From the human T2T-CHM13v2.0 reference genome, Homo sapiens, in the NCBI RefSeq assembly GCF_009914755.1, contig NC_060941.1: 64,000 nucleotides of DNA, one strand, 5' to 3'. The notes under the pieces are model-generated. The model was not told the origin of the DNA. It saw only the letters and a program-made list of their open reading frames with translations, and did not search any database. The first letter of the stretch is position 1, and each line of letters starts with the position of its first letter. Shown one piece after another: positions 1 to 21,265 of the stretch. The position numbers and the translations under genes are program-made.

Positions 1-84
1 TAACAGAGCCACTCCAGCTCTTTTATGATTTGTGATTGGTTGGAATATCTTTTTCCTTTTGCTTACGTTTAACCTAGCTATGTC

Positions 85-739
<655 letters not shown>

Positions 740-829
740 TAGCACTTCAGAGTTGACAGATACTTTTGTAATATACTTGGTCCAGAGGTTACCCTCCAAA
801 ATGTTATTTCTCAAGAAAGATAGTTCTTA

Positions 830-2108
<1,279 letters not shown>

Positions 2109-2451
2109 GACTATGGAAGTACTCACAGCCGTCTCAGGGTGGGGCTTGGGGTTCGTAGTGGCGAGGCGCATTTCTGTTGTCTGGCGGGAAAGTCCTTGGC
2201 CAGCGAGAGGACACTGCGGGTGAGCTGCCAAGGACACGCAGGCCTCTGTAGCTCCTCTGTTTGAGGTTAGGATTTCTCCGGAAGGCGTGGTATCACTGAG
2301 CTTCAGGGAAGTGTTAATGAATTTGGGCCCTTGCGGTTTGTAGGCACTTATTCCTCATAAATGTCAGAGGACAGTCATATAAATGAACATATTTAATGAC
2401 TGATTCCGTAAATATGGTAATGAATAACACTACCAATTTAGGAAGGAAATC

Positions 2452-2716
2452 TTTTTTTTTGAGAGATGGGGTCTTGCTCTGTCACTCAGGCTAGAGTGCA
2501 GTGATGCAGTCAGCTCACTGCAGCCTCGAACTCTTGGTCTCAAATGATTCTCCCTCCTGCCTCATCCTCTCAGACTACAGGCATGTGCCACCATCCTGTC
2601 TAATTTTTAATTTTTTATGTTGCCCAGGCTAGTCTCCAACTCTTGGTCTCAAGCTATTCTTTTGCCTCGGCCTCCCAAAGTGCTGGGATTACGGGTGTGA
2701 GCCATCGCTCTTGGCC
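2452..2716 (-). mobile_element. Alu (J-type)
   Basis: poly-T followed by reverse Alu consensus, diverged. Confidence 0.88.
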
Positions 2717-2893
2717 ATGGGTAGCTTTCTTGGGGTGACTACGGTCTTACTAAATTGTGTCACTGTAATGTCACAGAATTCTCTTTGATCAGTGGGTCGC
2801 GTAGCTGGTGATTTTTGATGAAAGGGTAGAAAGGCAATTTTGCTGCTCTCTGTATTTTTAAATGTTATAATTCAGCATCTCTTTATTTGATAG

Positions 2894-3196
<303 letters not shown>

Positions 3197-3286
3197 TAGC
3201 CCCTTTATAAAAAAAATTATGCCTAGGTGTAGTTTAACAATAAATCCGTCATTGTTTCTATGTTTTTTTAACTGTGTAAGTATAAC

Positions 3287-3827
3287 TGTGTTGGGTTCCC
3301 AAGACCACCCCCAGGTTTGATACTTCCTGAGCGGGACTCACAGCACTCAGCATAGAGTCCTCCTTTTGGCTGTCACTTGTTATGGCAAAATAATACACAG
3401 CAAAATCAGCAAAGGGAAAAGGCACATGGGTGGGGTCTGGGGAGAACCAGGCGGGAGCTCCCGGGGTCCTCCAGTTGGGTCCCACAGGGCCTGTGTCATT
3501 CCCCCAGCAGTGAGATGTGACCACACCTGTGAGGTGTCTATCAGAGAAGCACGTTTGAGACTTGGTGCCCAGAGCTTTCACTGGGGTCTGGCCACATGGA
3601 CACCTCTGCCTGGCACGAAACGAAATTCCAGACCCCCAGCAGGAAAGCAGGTGCCAGCGTAAAGCACACGGTTTGTGCAGATTGAGCCAGCGAGGGACCT
3701 CATCAGGCAGGGCTTGGTGGGAACCCTGCTGGTGTCCAGGTCCCTGGATACCAGCCCAGGGCCGGCCTCGTCAGGGGCCTTGCCTCAGACGGCAGCGGGG
3801 CCTGCTATGCTCGCTGTCTTCTGCGTG
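3287..3827. mobile_element. MER77/MER21-family LTR relic
   Basis: cccaagaccacccccagg..ggactcacagcactcagcata..gcaaaatcagcaaagggaaaagg..ttccagacccccagcaggaaagcaggtg match the recalled consensus. Confidence 0.7.
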
Positions 3828-4072
3828 GTATGTATTTGGAGGAGCACACGGTTTATAACCGTGCAGTGCGGTGGCTTGTCTCGGCGTGGATGTGACTGAT
3901 GAGCGCTGTGGGGCATTTCCCTGCTGCCCTGCACTCCGTGCCCTTCTTTCCCTAGTACTTCTAGCGCCCCCCAGTGGAATGATTGCAGGGACAAATTGGG
4001 ATGTTTTTTACTAATTACTGAAAATAAGGGTACTCCTTTTTTATTAGAAGTTGATAATTGTTTTCTTTATTC

Positions 4073-4674
<602 letters not shown>

Positions 4675-5046
4675 TTTTTTCTTTATTCTTAGGTGTTTTT
4701 ACTTTTTATCTGTTTTTCACTTTTTCAAAAGGCCAGTTTGTATGTGGAGAGGTGCCAGCGAAGAGAAGCTGCTATACTGATGTATTATGATTTTTCTTTG
4801 TTCATTTTGATGTCTCTCTTGTCTGCTGAGCTAAGTTACGGCGGTAGGTGTGTGTGGTGGGGATTCCGGGGGGGATGTGGCGAGGAGTTGGTGAACGGCT
4901 TGCATTTCTGGCCCTGAGGGTGATGGCATTTGAATGGCTTTCATAGGCATTGGGTGGGCATGGAGGGCAGTGACTTTGAGTAGATTGTGGCCAGTGGCCT
5001 GTGATTTTCAAGCAAGACTCATTCTTCCCGTGGTTTAATTTTTTAG

Positions 5047-5220
<174 letters not shown>

Positions 5221-5665
5221 TAATTAGTACTCACTTTCATGTTCATGCTGTCTTGATGTTAGTGGTTTACTCGGTAAGCTTCTGATATGTATTCAACTGC
5301 TGTTTTTTTCAGTGGGGTAAAATCCCATAGGATAACTTATTTTGAAATTGTGATAATTCATGTAGGGGTCAGGTTGAGTTAGCAAATCTCATTTCTTTGT
5401 AGATGATGCAAATACTCTGTTGAGGGTAATCATGGCAGATAAGGAAGGGTTTAGTGGCATGGTGAGAGAGAATAAGGACCCATTTTACATTTAGTTCTTA
5501 ACGTTATATAAATAATAGATGCTCATTTGTAGGAGAACTAGAAAATAAAGATAAGCAAGAAAAATACTAAATTTAAATTTATGAAATTCTAGTGCCAAGA
5601 GATAAGTTGTTTATTTTCTCCGAACTTTTCCTGATGTAAATATTATGCATATAAACACAGCTTAT

Positions 5666-6070
5666 TGTATTAGTTATCTATTGGATCATAACTAATTACC
5701 CCAAACTTGAGTGTTTGACACACATTTATCCTCTTGTAGTTTCTGTGGGTCGGGAGTCTGGCATGGCTGAGCTGGGTCCTTTGTGTCAAGCTTGCCCACA
5801 GCTGCAGTTAAAACTCGACATGGGCAGGCTTTGCCCCAAGGCCGTTGGATTGAGGCCACCCTCAGTTCTTTGCCACCTGGGCCCCTCCAACTTAGTGACT
5901 TATTCCATCAAAGCCTGCAAGGGAGAAACTCTGCTAATGAGATGGAAGTCATGATAATATGTTACCTGATCATGGAAGTGACGTCCCATTCCTCTGCCAG
6001 ATCCTGTGGTTAGCAGCAAGTCACCGAGTCCAGCCTACGCAAGCGAGCACTAGGAGGCTGTCAGGCTCTG
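5666..6070. mobile_element. MLT1 (MaLR) LTR relic
   Basis: tgtattagttatctattg..taattaccccaaactt..tttctgtgggtcgggagtctggcatggctgagctgggtcc. Confidence 0.7.
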
Positions 6071-6221
6071 AGCCATCTCAGTTGTCTCGGTCTTCCTGCC
6101 ACGCTGACTGCGACAGCCCTGGTCAGCATTCACTGAGTGCCTGCTGTGTGCCTGGCACCGTTCAAACACTCATAGATTAATCTTTAATCACTTATGGATT
6201 AATAATTTAACCTATACATTG

Positions 6222-8609
<2,388 letters not shown>

Positions 8610-9078
8610 TTAAACACTAAAAATTAAAAATAACTAGGTATTTGTAGTAAATCTAGGTGCTCTTCAGTTTGAACAGGGCCTCTTATCTAGTCTGAATACT
8701 CCAATACTGATGGTTCCCTTGTGCTGGAAGGCATATTAGGTGCTCAATGAATACTCTTGATTCTTTGTTACAATTGGGTAACTCCTTTGTTTACATTCTC
8801 CTGCTCTGTTCTTGCAAATGTGTGTTTCAAGGGGGTGTGACCAAATGCTCTGTGTAGCTCAGGCACTTCCTGGGTGAGTGTAGCAGTTGGCAGCTGTAGC
8901 CCTTGGCTCAGATTGAAGAGAGGTTTTTTTTTGCAGCTTTGGACTTAGGCCTGTGCTGGTAAGGTTTGTGAACCTGGGCCCTCGGGGAGCTGGTGAGGGT
9001 GGGACTGGTGACTGTGTGGTGTCCCCAAGGCTGGCGTGTGCAGGAGTGACCGTGTCTGTGCTTCACCCTTTCTTGCAG

Positions 9079-9134
9079 TCCTACTTGATTGTCAGTGACA
9101 AGGCCCGAGATGCAGCTGCTGTCCTTGTGTCCAG
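9079..9134 (+). CDS. TBCD: TBCD coding exon (exon 6), 56 nt
   Basis: tcttgcag acceptor, CAG|gtaagt donor; SYLIVSDKARDAAAVLVS(R); phase 0-2. Confidence 0.96.
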
Positions 9135-10323
9135 GTAAGTTTCCATGGCACATTTCTTGGTGTGTGGCTGGTGGGTTCTGAGAGGGGTTTGTTTGGGTAC
9201 GTGTTTCATGTGCGTCTTCAGTCCTCAGACGAAGGACCCCGGGAAGTCTTTGGACTCTGTGGCTTTCTCTGAGGGAGCGTGCAGCAGTGTTTGGGCACAG
9301 AAGACCTCTGACCCTGAAATGACCACCCTCAGTGGTGGTTTGGGGTGCTGGTGGGGGTCACCTGACAGGCCCATCGACAGGAGTGCAGGTCTGGAAGAGG
9401 CGTGGCTGTCATCCCTGGGGTGCAGCCCCTGCACAGGGATGGGGTGGCAGTTATGAGAAACATCTCGGGCCGTCTCCCATGGAGATGATGGGTGGTGTTG
9501 GGCCTCTGTGACTGGGGATGAAAATCCCCCAACGTCCTGTATTAACTGCACCCCCCGTGTGCCCCAGACAGGGGAAGGTGGTTTTCTCTGCTGAGCGCAG
9601 CAGGCCTGCGGTGTTGGAAAGATACCAAGGATGTGTGTATAGACTGAGCGAACCTGTTTCATGAGATGCAAGAAGGAAGAAAGCAATATTTCTAATCAGT
9701 ATTTTACATGACATGTGATTTTAAGTATGTATGTAGTTTACTAAGTCAGAACAGTTGACATTTTCCCCCTCTGCAATAGTGAAAGTCGAAAGCTGGTCCT
9801 AAAACCTTTCGGTGGTTGTGGTTGGGAATACGGTCAGTGCCTCATGCAGCGTCACCTTCACTCGGGTGTGTAGCTGCAACTTGCACAGCTTCTTTCCCAG
9901 AGAAGTGGGAGGAGAGAAGCTTCCTTTGTGGGGCAGTTGGAGGCATTGGATGAGGGGTTTGTGACAGCCTGGAGCTGAGGAAGGAACGCCTGAGTCCCCT
10001 GGAGCAGGTGAGGCCCCTCCCGAGAGGGCAGAGGCTGCTTCCTGTCTTGTCAAGGACATAAAAAGATGATCGTCTAATTATTAAAGTAATCTGTATATAT
10101 TTAGATAATAGAGCATGAAGTACAAAATAAAACCTTTGAATGCTTTCATCCCATGGGGGTGTGATGGCCCCTGTCTCCCTACCGGGTGGCGCCAACTCTG
10201 TCCATGGTCTCCCCGCGGGGCGGCACCAACTCTGTCCATGGCTCAGTTGCTGCACTCAATTCTTTGCACCACGGACCAGGAGATGGGCCTGGTGCGCCAT
10301 TGTCTTCTTCCAAAACGAGATGA

Positions 10324-10655
<332 letters not shown>

Positions 10656-10666
10656 CGAGTGTGTCT

Positions 10667-11314
10667 TTTTTTTTTTTTTTTTAATTTTTTTAGTATTTAT
10701 TGATCATTCTTGGGTGTTTCTCAGAGAGGGGGATTTGGCAGGGTCATAGGACAATAGTGGAGGGAAGGTCGCAGATAAACATGTGAACAAAGGTCTCTGG
10801 TTTTCCTAGGCAGAGGACCCTGCGGCCTTCCGCAGTGTTTTTGTCCCTGGGTACTTGAGATCAGGGAGTGGTGATGACTCTTAAGGAGCATGCTGCCTTC
10901 AAGCATCTGTTTAACAAAGCACATCTTGCACCGCCCTTAATCCATTTACCCCTGAGTGGACACAGCACATGTTTCAGAGAGCACGGAGTTGGGGGTAAGG
11001 TTATAGATTAACAGCATCCCAAGGCAGAAGAATTTTTCTTAGTACAGAACAAAATCGAGTCTCCTATGTCTACTTCTTTCTACACAGACACAGTAACAAA
11101 CTGATGTCTCTTTCTTTTCCCCACATTTCCCCCTTTTCTATTCGACAAAACCGCCATCGTCATCATGGCCCGTTCTCAATGAGCTGTTGGGTACACCTCC
11201 CAGACGGGGTGGCAGCCGGGCAGAGGGGCTCCTCACTTCCCAGACTTGGCGGCCGGGCAGAGGCACCCCCCACCTCCCAGACGGAGCGGCGGCCGGGCGG
11301 GGGCTGCCCCCCAC
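10667..11314 (-). mobile_element. 5'-truncated SVA (poly-A, SINE-R, start of VNTR)
   Basis: tttattgatcattcttgggtgtttctc..gcatgctgccttcaagcatctgtttaacaaagcacatcttgcaccgccc..acctcccagacgggg; ggttatagattaacagcatccc suggests an older SVA subfamily; TSD cgagtgtgtct. Confidence 0.95.
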
Positions 11315-11773
11315 CCGAGTGTGTCTACCTGTCGTTTGTGGTGGGACATTTAGACTGCTGCCCTCCCAATTTGGTATTAAAACTCAATATTGCAAACAGT
11401 CCACGTAAAATTGTGTACCGTTCTGACTGATTTCTAGGGATGAGTTTCTACAAGTGGAACGCACGTTTTCAGGGTCTGAATGCAATTACTGGAGAGGCTG
11501 AACAAGTTGGAAGTTCTTTCCCCGTCTTTTCCAGTTGGGTCAAACCTTAAGAATGTTTGCCAACTTCGTTCAATGGGAAATAGTATCTGCTTTTATTCTT
11601 ACTTTTCTTAGCAGCAGTACTGAGGGTTGCGTAGATTTTTGCCGAGCTTGGCTCTGTGGAGTGCGGTGCCTGTGGGCCAGGAGGCACCATCTGAGTACTT
11701 CTCCCTCCGTGGGGTCCTCCGGGAAAAGAGCGCGCTGGCTCGGGATCCCGGGCGGACTCCCGGCGAGACACCG

Positions 11774-11792
11774 CAGCGCCACCTAGTGCCGG
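11774..11792 (-). promoter_or_regulatory. Candidate CTCF site in a small CpG-rich patch
   Basis: minus strand CCGGCACTAGGTGGCGCTG matches the core CC(A/G)(C/G)(C/T)AG(A/G)(G/T)GGC(A/G)C with one mismatch. Confidence 0.6.
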
Positions 11793-12332
11793 GATGAGCA
11801 GGTGCTTTTCGGCCGAGCCAGTTTCCGTGCAGAACACCTGAGCCTGGGATCCAGGAGAGGTGGTGCCTGGGGGCGTCGGTGCCGTGGAGCCTTTCTCCCC
11901 CTTGGTCTCGCACACTCTCGCACACTGATTCTCAAGAGTGTTTGAGAATGGCGGATGCCGTCAGTGGAAGAGCTCTTACAGGTGCTTGGCCGGTTCCCTC
12001 GACACCTCCCAGACTCACCGCAGGTTCTGAGTTTCCTGTACTTCTCAGACCCCTTTTTGGTGAGGATTGTTCAGGTAAGGCCAGGGCTGCGAGGGGTCCT
12101 GTGCCAGCATTTGTCTGCAGTACAGGTTCGTTTTCTGCTCTCCAGGGAGGAGCAGCCTGCTCTAGCCCACTTTGCTCTCAGGATTGAATGCTTCTCCCTG
12201 TATCACTGGCGGCTCTACAGCTGCACCCGTCTCCCTTGATTAACTGAGCTTGCCAACATCCACAGCGCTGTAGGTGGTGCTTGGTGTTACAGTGTTGCTA
12301 GAACATGCAGATTGAGTGCTGCCTTAGAAACC

Positions 12333-13093
<761 letters not shown>

Positions 13094-13922
13094 TTATACA
13101 CAGTGCGTGTACCGTGTTTATCTTCTTTGCACCGTTATGACTTTTAATGTGCACAGCATGATCTTAACAAGTCAGAGTCAGCACTGTGCTTTTTCACCTG
13201 ATTTCATGTAACTGCTGATGAATGGCTCCGTCGTGTTCTGCTGTGTTTCGATACTGCACTCAGCTCTGTCACTTCCTGCCTCTTGTGAGCAGTCACGGAC
13301 GCCTGGGTTTGGTTACAGACCCGTTCTCGTGTCAGGATTGTTTCGTGAGGATGGGCCCTTAGAGATGGACTTCTGGGTTCCAGGACACGAGAGTGGTGTT
13401 GGGGTCTGCACACCTGGTGGCTCTCAGCTGCTCTCTGAGCAGTGCTTTGGTGGCCGAGGCAGCCCCAGGAACACCCCACCCCCAAATTGGATTAAACATG
13501 GTGTCGCTGATTGCAGGTATTTAATTGGCATCACGCTGATTGCCCTCACCTTAGGTGTTACATACTCCGCTTCGTGACCTGACTCTGCGTGTCTGTGGGC
13601 TCCTTGGGGCCTTTTCTTCCCCACGAGTGTGAGTTTCCTCCGGTGAAGGGCGATGGGTATTGCCCCAGGTGGTTGTTGGCCTTTTCCTTTTTTTTTGGAC
13701 CAAAGTTTTAATTTTAATGTCAAACCGTTTTTTTCTCCTTTATTTAGTTATTTTTACTTTTAAGCCTGCAGTCTTATTAAGAGATTTAACAAGTAGTCAT
13801 TTATATTTTTCTCTACCGTTTATTAAGACAGAATTATTGATTCATTTGGGGTTTCTTTTGGTCTACAGTAGAACCCCGCCCTTCCCAGTAGGTAACCAGT
13901 TGCTTTAGTGCCATTTTGTGTC

Positions 13923-14909
13923 TGTAGGGACCAGCACCACAAGGTCGGTGGGTTTCTCCCTGTGTGTGGAGATGAGAGAGTGTAGAAATAAAGACACAAG
14001 ACAAAGAGATAAAAGACAGCTGGGCCCGGGGGACAACTACCACCAAGTTGCAGAGACCGGTAGCGGCCCCGAATGCCAGGCTGCACTGATATTATTGGAT
14101 ACAAGACAAAGGGGCAGTGTAAGGAATGTGAGCCATCTCCAACGGTAGGTAAGGTCTCGTGGGTCACGTGTCCACTGGACGGGGGGCCCTTCCCTGCCTG
14201 GCAGCCGAGGCAGAGAGAGAGAGAGGAGAAGGAGATAAACAGCTTACATTATTATTTCTGCTTATCAGAGACTTTTCACTAATTTGCTACTGCTAACTAA
14301 ACGGCAGAGCCAGGTGTACAGGATGGAACGTGAAGGCAGACTAGGAGCGTGACCACTGAAGCACAGCGTCACAGGGAGACGGTTAGGCCTCCGGATAACT
14401 GCGGGCGAGCCTGACTGATGTCAGGCCCTCCACAGGAGGTGGAGGAGTAGAGTCTTCTCTAAACTCCCCCGGGGAAAGGGAGACTCTCTTTCCCGGTCCG
14501 CTAAGTAGCGGGTGTTTTTCCTTGACACTAACGCTACCGCTAGACCACGGTCTGCTTGTCAACAGGCGTCTTCCCAGACGCTGGCGTTACCGCTAGACCA
14601 AGGAGCCCTCTGGTGGCCCTGTCTGGGCATAACAGAAGGCTCGCACTCTTGTCTTCTGGTCACACCTCACTATGTCCCCTCAGCTCCTATCTCTGTATGG
14701 CCTGGCTTTTCCTAGGTTATGATTATAGAGCGAGGATTATTATAATATTGGAATAAAGAATAATTGCTACCAACTAATGATTAATGATATATATAATCAT
14801 ATCTAAGATCTGTATCTGGTATAACTATTTTTGTTTTATATTTTATTATATTGGAACAGCTCGTGTCCTTGGTCTCTTGCCTCGGCACCTGGGTGGCTTG
14901 CCGCCCACA
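13923..14909 (-). mobile_element. Solo LTR13-type ERVK LTR
   Basis: about 987 bp with TG...CA termini; minus strand begins TGTGGGCGGCAAGCCACCCAGGTGCCGAGGCAAGAGAC (recalled LTR13 5' end). Confidence 0.85.
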
Positions 14910-15077
14910 GTATTCCGCTTTTCCATTCATTTCTAATGCTCTGTGGGAACTCTGTGCGTTTTAAAGGGAACACGGTTTGTCACCACCTTAATGCTGCTTC
15001 CTTCTGCGATGAAGTTAACTGCCCTGGGCCCCTTTTGCAGATCCGCTAAAGTTAACTCTCCTGGGGAGGACACATGA

Positions 15078-16030
<953 letters not shown>

Positions 16031-17066
16031 TGAGCCACTGTGCCCAGCCAAATGATTCTTTACTTTCTGGAAATAGGGACTTCTTTCCCCATTGTTCATG
16101 CTGAGCCCCTCCCTAAGCATGCTCCACAGGGACAGTGGCGGAGGGGAGAGGTCCTTGCTGTTACGAGCAGTTGGCAGGTGCCAGCCGTCCTGTCAGCTGG
16201 GCAGCGCTTCTGTTTTGTGAGGGCCATGACCGAGTAGGATGGCACGTGCGTGGCTGTCTCCTGTGTGTTAAGTGCCCTGAGAGGGCTTGTCCCCACGGAA
16301 GCATGGAGCCGGCTCTCGCGCAGGCCAACTAGATGGATGTGCTGGAACAAGGGCCGGGAAGGTGGGATGGCCGGAGTTGAAGTTGCAGTGGAGATGACGT
16401 GGGGGCCGGAGGGAGGTTGGGCGTCATAGCCTGGCAGCTCCAGCTTCCACGTCTCACCTTGCCTGGGGTCTCCACGTAGCTGTCTCGTGGGCGTCGCGTG
16501 GGGCACTCCCCCACGTGGACTCTTCCGCCTCCTGGCCCTCCCAAGTGTCCCTTCCGGGAGGTGGCCTTGTGGCTGTTGAGGGAGCGCCTGGTGCCTCCCT
16601 CCTGGCATCACTGCCGTCTCCTTCCCCCCACCCCATAAAGGTGTGGCTAGGATGCCAGTCAGACCTGCCGGCATGGCCTAAAGAGGAGGTGGGCAGGCTT
16701 GGCCAGTACTGGTCCTGTCCCCAGCACCTCTCCCACTCGGCTGCTCTGCTTCGACCATGTTGCCTTTGCAGTTCGCGAGTTCCCTTGGCTCCCTTCTGCC
16801 CTGGGCCCTGGCTCTCCTGCTTCCCTGGGCAGCAGCACTTTCCTCCCAGGTTTTGCAGCCCCCCTCGTTGAGCTCCGTGGCTTCCGTCCTCTCTCTAACG
16901 AGGCCATGCCCTCCCGTTTCCTTCGTAACTTTTCTTTGCACTGTGGAAGTCCCCAGCTGTTTGTCGTTTCTCTCCAGAGTGTCAGCTGTGGGAGGGAAGG
17001 GCCTTGTCTGTTCTCCGTGTGGCAGTGCCAGTCTCGATCATGGAGGCAAGCTGGGGGCCTGGCCTA

Positions 17067-17658
<592 letters not shown>

Positions 17659-18120
17659 TGAGCACTGCCTGGAACACGAGGCCGAGTCCAACAGGGAAGA
17701 CTTTCATGGGGCTACACGAGCAGCTGGCTGTGGAAACAGGCCTGTGCACAAGACGCATGGCAGGTGTGGGGGAGGGAGGTCCCAGGGGCTGGGGACCAGC
17801 TGCCGGGGCCAGGCCTTGCACGTGGGCACGGTGTCCTGAGGTCAAGGGATGCAGAGTTGGGTCCAGGGAGGAGGGAGGGGCTGAGAAGTGGGCAGGGGCT
17901 CCCTGGCGGTGATGGGGACAGGTAAAACTGGGGGGGTGGAGGGGGCAGGCGGGGGGGGATGGGCAGTAGGCCTGCGACCTGAGAGGTTGTGGTGGGGAAC
18001 CGGCTGCTGAGGGCCCTGGTCAGGGCAGCGACTTGGTTTCTAGGGTTGGAGAGAGGAGGAACTAGCTGGAGGAGGACAGGACTCAGTACAGAGCTGGCAT
18101 CTTGGTGTAAGGGTGCGTGA

Positions 18121-18420
<300 letters not shown>

Positions 18421-19325
18421 TGATGTTACCTGTGATTCCATCTTGACGTAATTGGAACCCCGTGGGATTGATTTAACCGGGCCAGGGTCTTGGGCAGTTT
18501 CCTTTTCCCTCTGCTTTGGGTCCTGCCTCAGGCAGGGCTGGTTTCTGCGCTGGTGCTGGTGGATGGGCTTGGAGCCCCACCTGTTGCCAGCAGAGGGCAG
18601 TGGTGCCACGCAGCCGGGGCTCCCCAGGGTAGGTTTCTCTGCATCTGGGCTGCTTAGTTCCTGTTTAAGTGCAGAGACTGAACGAGCTCTAATAAAACAA
18701 GGTGGGTGAGTTGAAATTTGATTCTGTTCCTTTGCACTGGGCTCGGGTTGGATGTTCCTGACTGCTTCGTTGGGACACAGACCCTGGCCTCTGCCTGCAG
18801 GTGCCTGGTTAGTGCCCTGGCTGCAGCCCTTTGCCAGCCCTTTCCCTGCCCTTTCGCTCTGATTGTCTCTTGTGTTACCTTTTCTTGTGCTAACGAGGAG
18901 GAAAGGTCAAGTCTCAGAAGAGGGCAAAGCCTCTTTTGGGTCAGCGTCCTGGAGGCTGCAGCTCCCTGGTCAGCCTTCTGGAGGGGGAGCCGGCAGCCGG
19001 CTGTGGCCTTTGGCGTGGTGGGTTCAGCGCCTTCTTCTCTCTTTAATTACAGCGGGTGAGGCTTTGAGAGCACTTCTCATCCTTGTCTCACGCTGTGGAG
19101 CCTGTGGTCCCTCTGAGGAGCGGGGCACTTTGTTCTTGTTTAAAAAATATATTTTATAGAGACAGGGTCTTGCTATGTAGGTCAGGGTGGTCTTAAACTC
19201 CTGGCCTCAAGTGATCCTCCTGCCTTTGTGATGATCCCAAAGTGCTGGGATTACAGGCTTGAGCCGCCGCGCCTGGAAGGACACTTTGGAGCGCGTTTTA
19301 GGGGAGATGATGAGTGCCACCTCGC

Positions 19326-19680
19326 CACGGCGTCCTCCTGTCCGTGGCGTCGTCCTCCTGTCCGCAGCATCGTCTTCCTATCCGCGGCATTGTCTTCCTA
19401 TCCGCGGCGTTGTCTTCCTGTCTGTGGCGTCGTCCTGTCTGCGGTGGCGTCGTCCTGTCTGCGGTGGCGTCCTCCTGTCCGCAGAGGCGTCCTCATGTCC
19501 TCAGTGTTGTCTTCCTGTCCATGGCGTTGTCTTCCTGTCTGCGGTGTCGTCTTCCTGTCCATGGCGGCCTCCTGTCCGCGGTGCCCTCCTGTCCATGGTG
19601 GCCTCCTGTCCGCTGTGCCCTCCTGTCCGCGGCGTCGTCTTCCTGTCTGTGGTATCATCTTCCTGCCCGCGGTTTTGTCC
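19326..19680 (+). repeat. Degenerate about 20-bp GC/CT-rich minisatellite
   Basis: units such as cctgtccgcggcgtcgtctt, roughly 18 copies. Confidence 0.9.
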
Positions 19681-19999
19681 TGGCCGTGGCAGGTTCTGCC
19701 AGGGAGCGGGAGGCTGTCAGCTGGGTGGAGGGGGGCTGTGGGAGTGATAGCCTGGGGTGGGGGCATACGTTTCTTGAGGGGAAATTGGGAAGTGTCCTCC
19801 TCAATGTCTGCTGCTTCCCGGTCATGCTGCCGTGGTCTTCAGGAGGGCAGCCTTTGAAATGAGGAAAAGGTTTCAGACGTGTGAGAGAAAACTGCAGACG
19901 TGTTTCCTGGAGCCTGTGCTCTGCCCAGGTGATGTCTGTTTTCTTCAGGCGTCCCCTCAACCTCCACATAAATGTGACAGATTCAGCAGTTTTCAAAAA

Positions 20000-20815
20000 T
20001 CAAGATATAATTCACATACCACAAGTAATTTATCCTTCTAAGGTAAACAATTCTGTAGTTTTCTGTGCGGTCATCACCATTATCTAACTTCAGGACACTG
20101 TCATCATCGTGAGAGAAACCTTGATTGCACCGAGCAGTCCGTCCCTCACCTTCCCCAGCCCCTGCAGCCGTGGATCCATGTGCTGTCCCTGTGGACTTGC
20201 TGGTTGCGGACATCTCACCTCACCAGAGTCGTACACGACACAGCCTTTTGCGTCTGGCCTTCACTGAGCCCGATGTGTCCAAGGTTCATCTGCGCTGTGG
20301 TGTTGTCAGTGCCTCGTTCCCTTTATGGCCGAATCATAAGCCAACGTGTGGGTATTTTCCATATGCCAGCGTGTGGGTATTTTCCATATGCCAGTGTGTG
20401 GGTATTTTCTGCTCTTACAAATTACGCTGTGAAGAACTTTCATGTGCAAGTTTTTGTTTAAACTTAATGCTTTCAGGCCGGGCGCGGTGGCTCATGCCTA
20501 TAATCCCAGCACTTTGGGAGGCCGAGGCAGGCAGATTACTTGAGGTCGGGAGTTCGAGACCAGCCTGGTCAACGTGGTGAAACCCCATCTCTACTAAAAA
20601 TGCAAAAAATAGCCAGGCATAGTGGCGTGGGCCTGTAATCCCAGCTACTCCGGAGGCTGAGGCAGGAGAATTGCTTGAACCTGGGAGGCGGAGGTTGAGT
20701 GAGCCGAGATCATGCCACTGCACCCCAGCCTAGGTGACAGAGCAAGACTCTGCCAGAAAAAAAAAACAGAAAAAACAAACCCAACTTAATACTTTCAGTA
20801 CCCTTGGGTACACAA
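20000..20815. mobile_element. Old minus-strand L1M 3' fragment with a 24-bp internal repeat (20347-20410) and an inserted + Alu (20476-20780)
   Basis: agatataattcacataccac..catcaccattatctaactt; Alu TSD aacttaat(g/a)ctttca at 20461 and 20783. Confidence 0.7.
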
Positions 20816-21265
20816 CACTAGTTTTTAATAAAATTTTAAACAAAATTTGGAATGTTTTCATCTTTCTGGAGTCTTTCTAAAAAGATTTTTCTGGTGGCAT
20901 ACCTGTCGTACTGATGAAATAGAGGACCTCCTCATGCCAGGCATTTTTGGGCATTGCAGGTACAGATGTGCTGTCTGTGTCCCCAGGTGCCCCTCGTTCC
21001 GGCCGTGCTGGGGCAGCATCCTCAATGCCTAAAGAGGATTCATTGCTATCGTGGAGGTCAGGGCAGGCTGAGGCTGGCCTTGAAGGGTACGGGGGTGGAG
21101 GGGTAGGGCAGGGAGGACTCAGGTCTCGGACGTACCCACTGTGCCATTGGTCCATGGATCCTCAGGGAATGTGCGTTTTATGTTTTAGGCAATTCTGGTA
21201 AAGGTGGTGGATTTAGTTGCAATTGGATTCTTCATTTTTTGCCTTGGGTCTCACTGAGGAAACAT

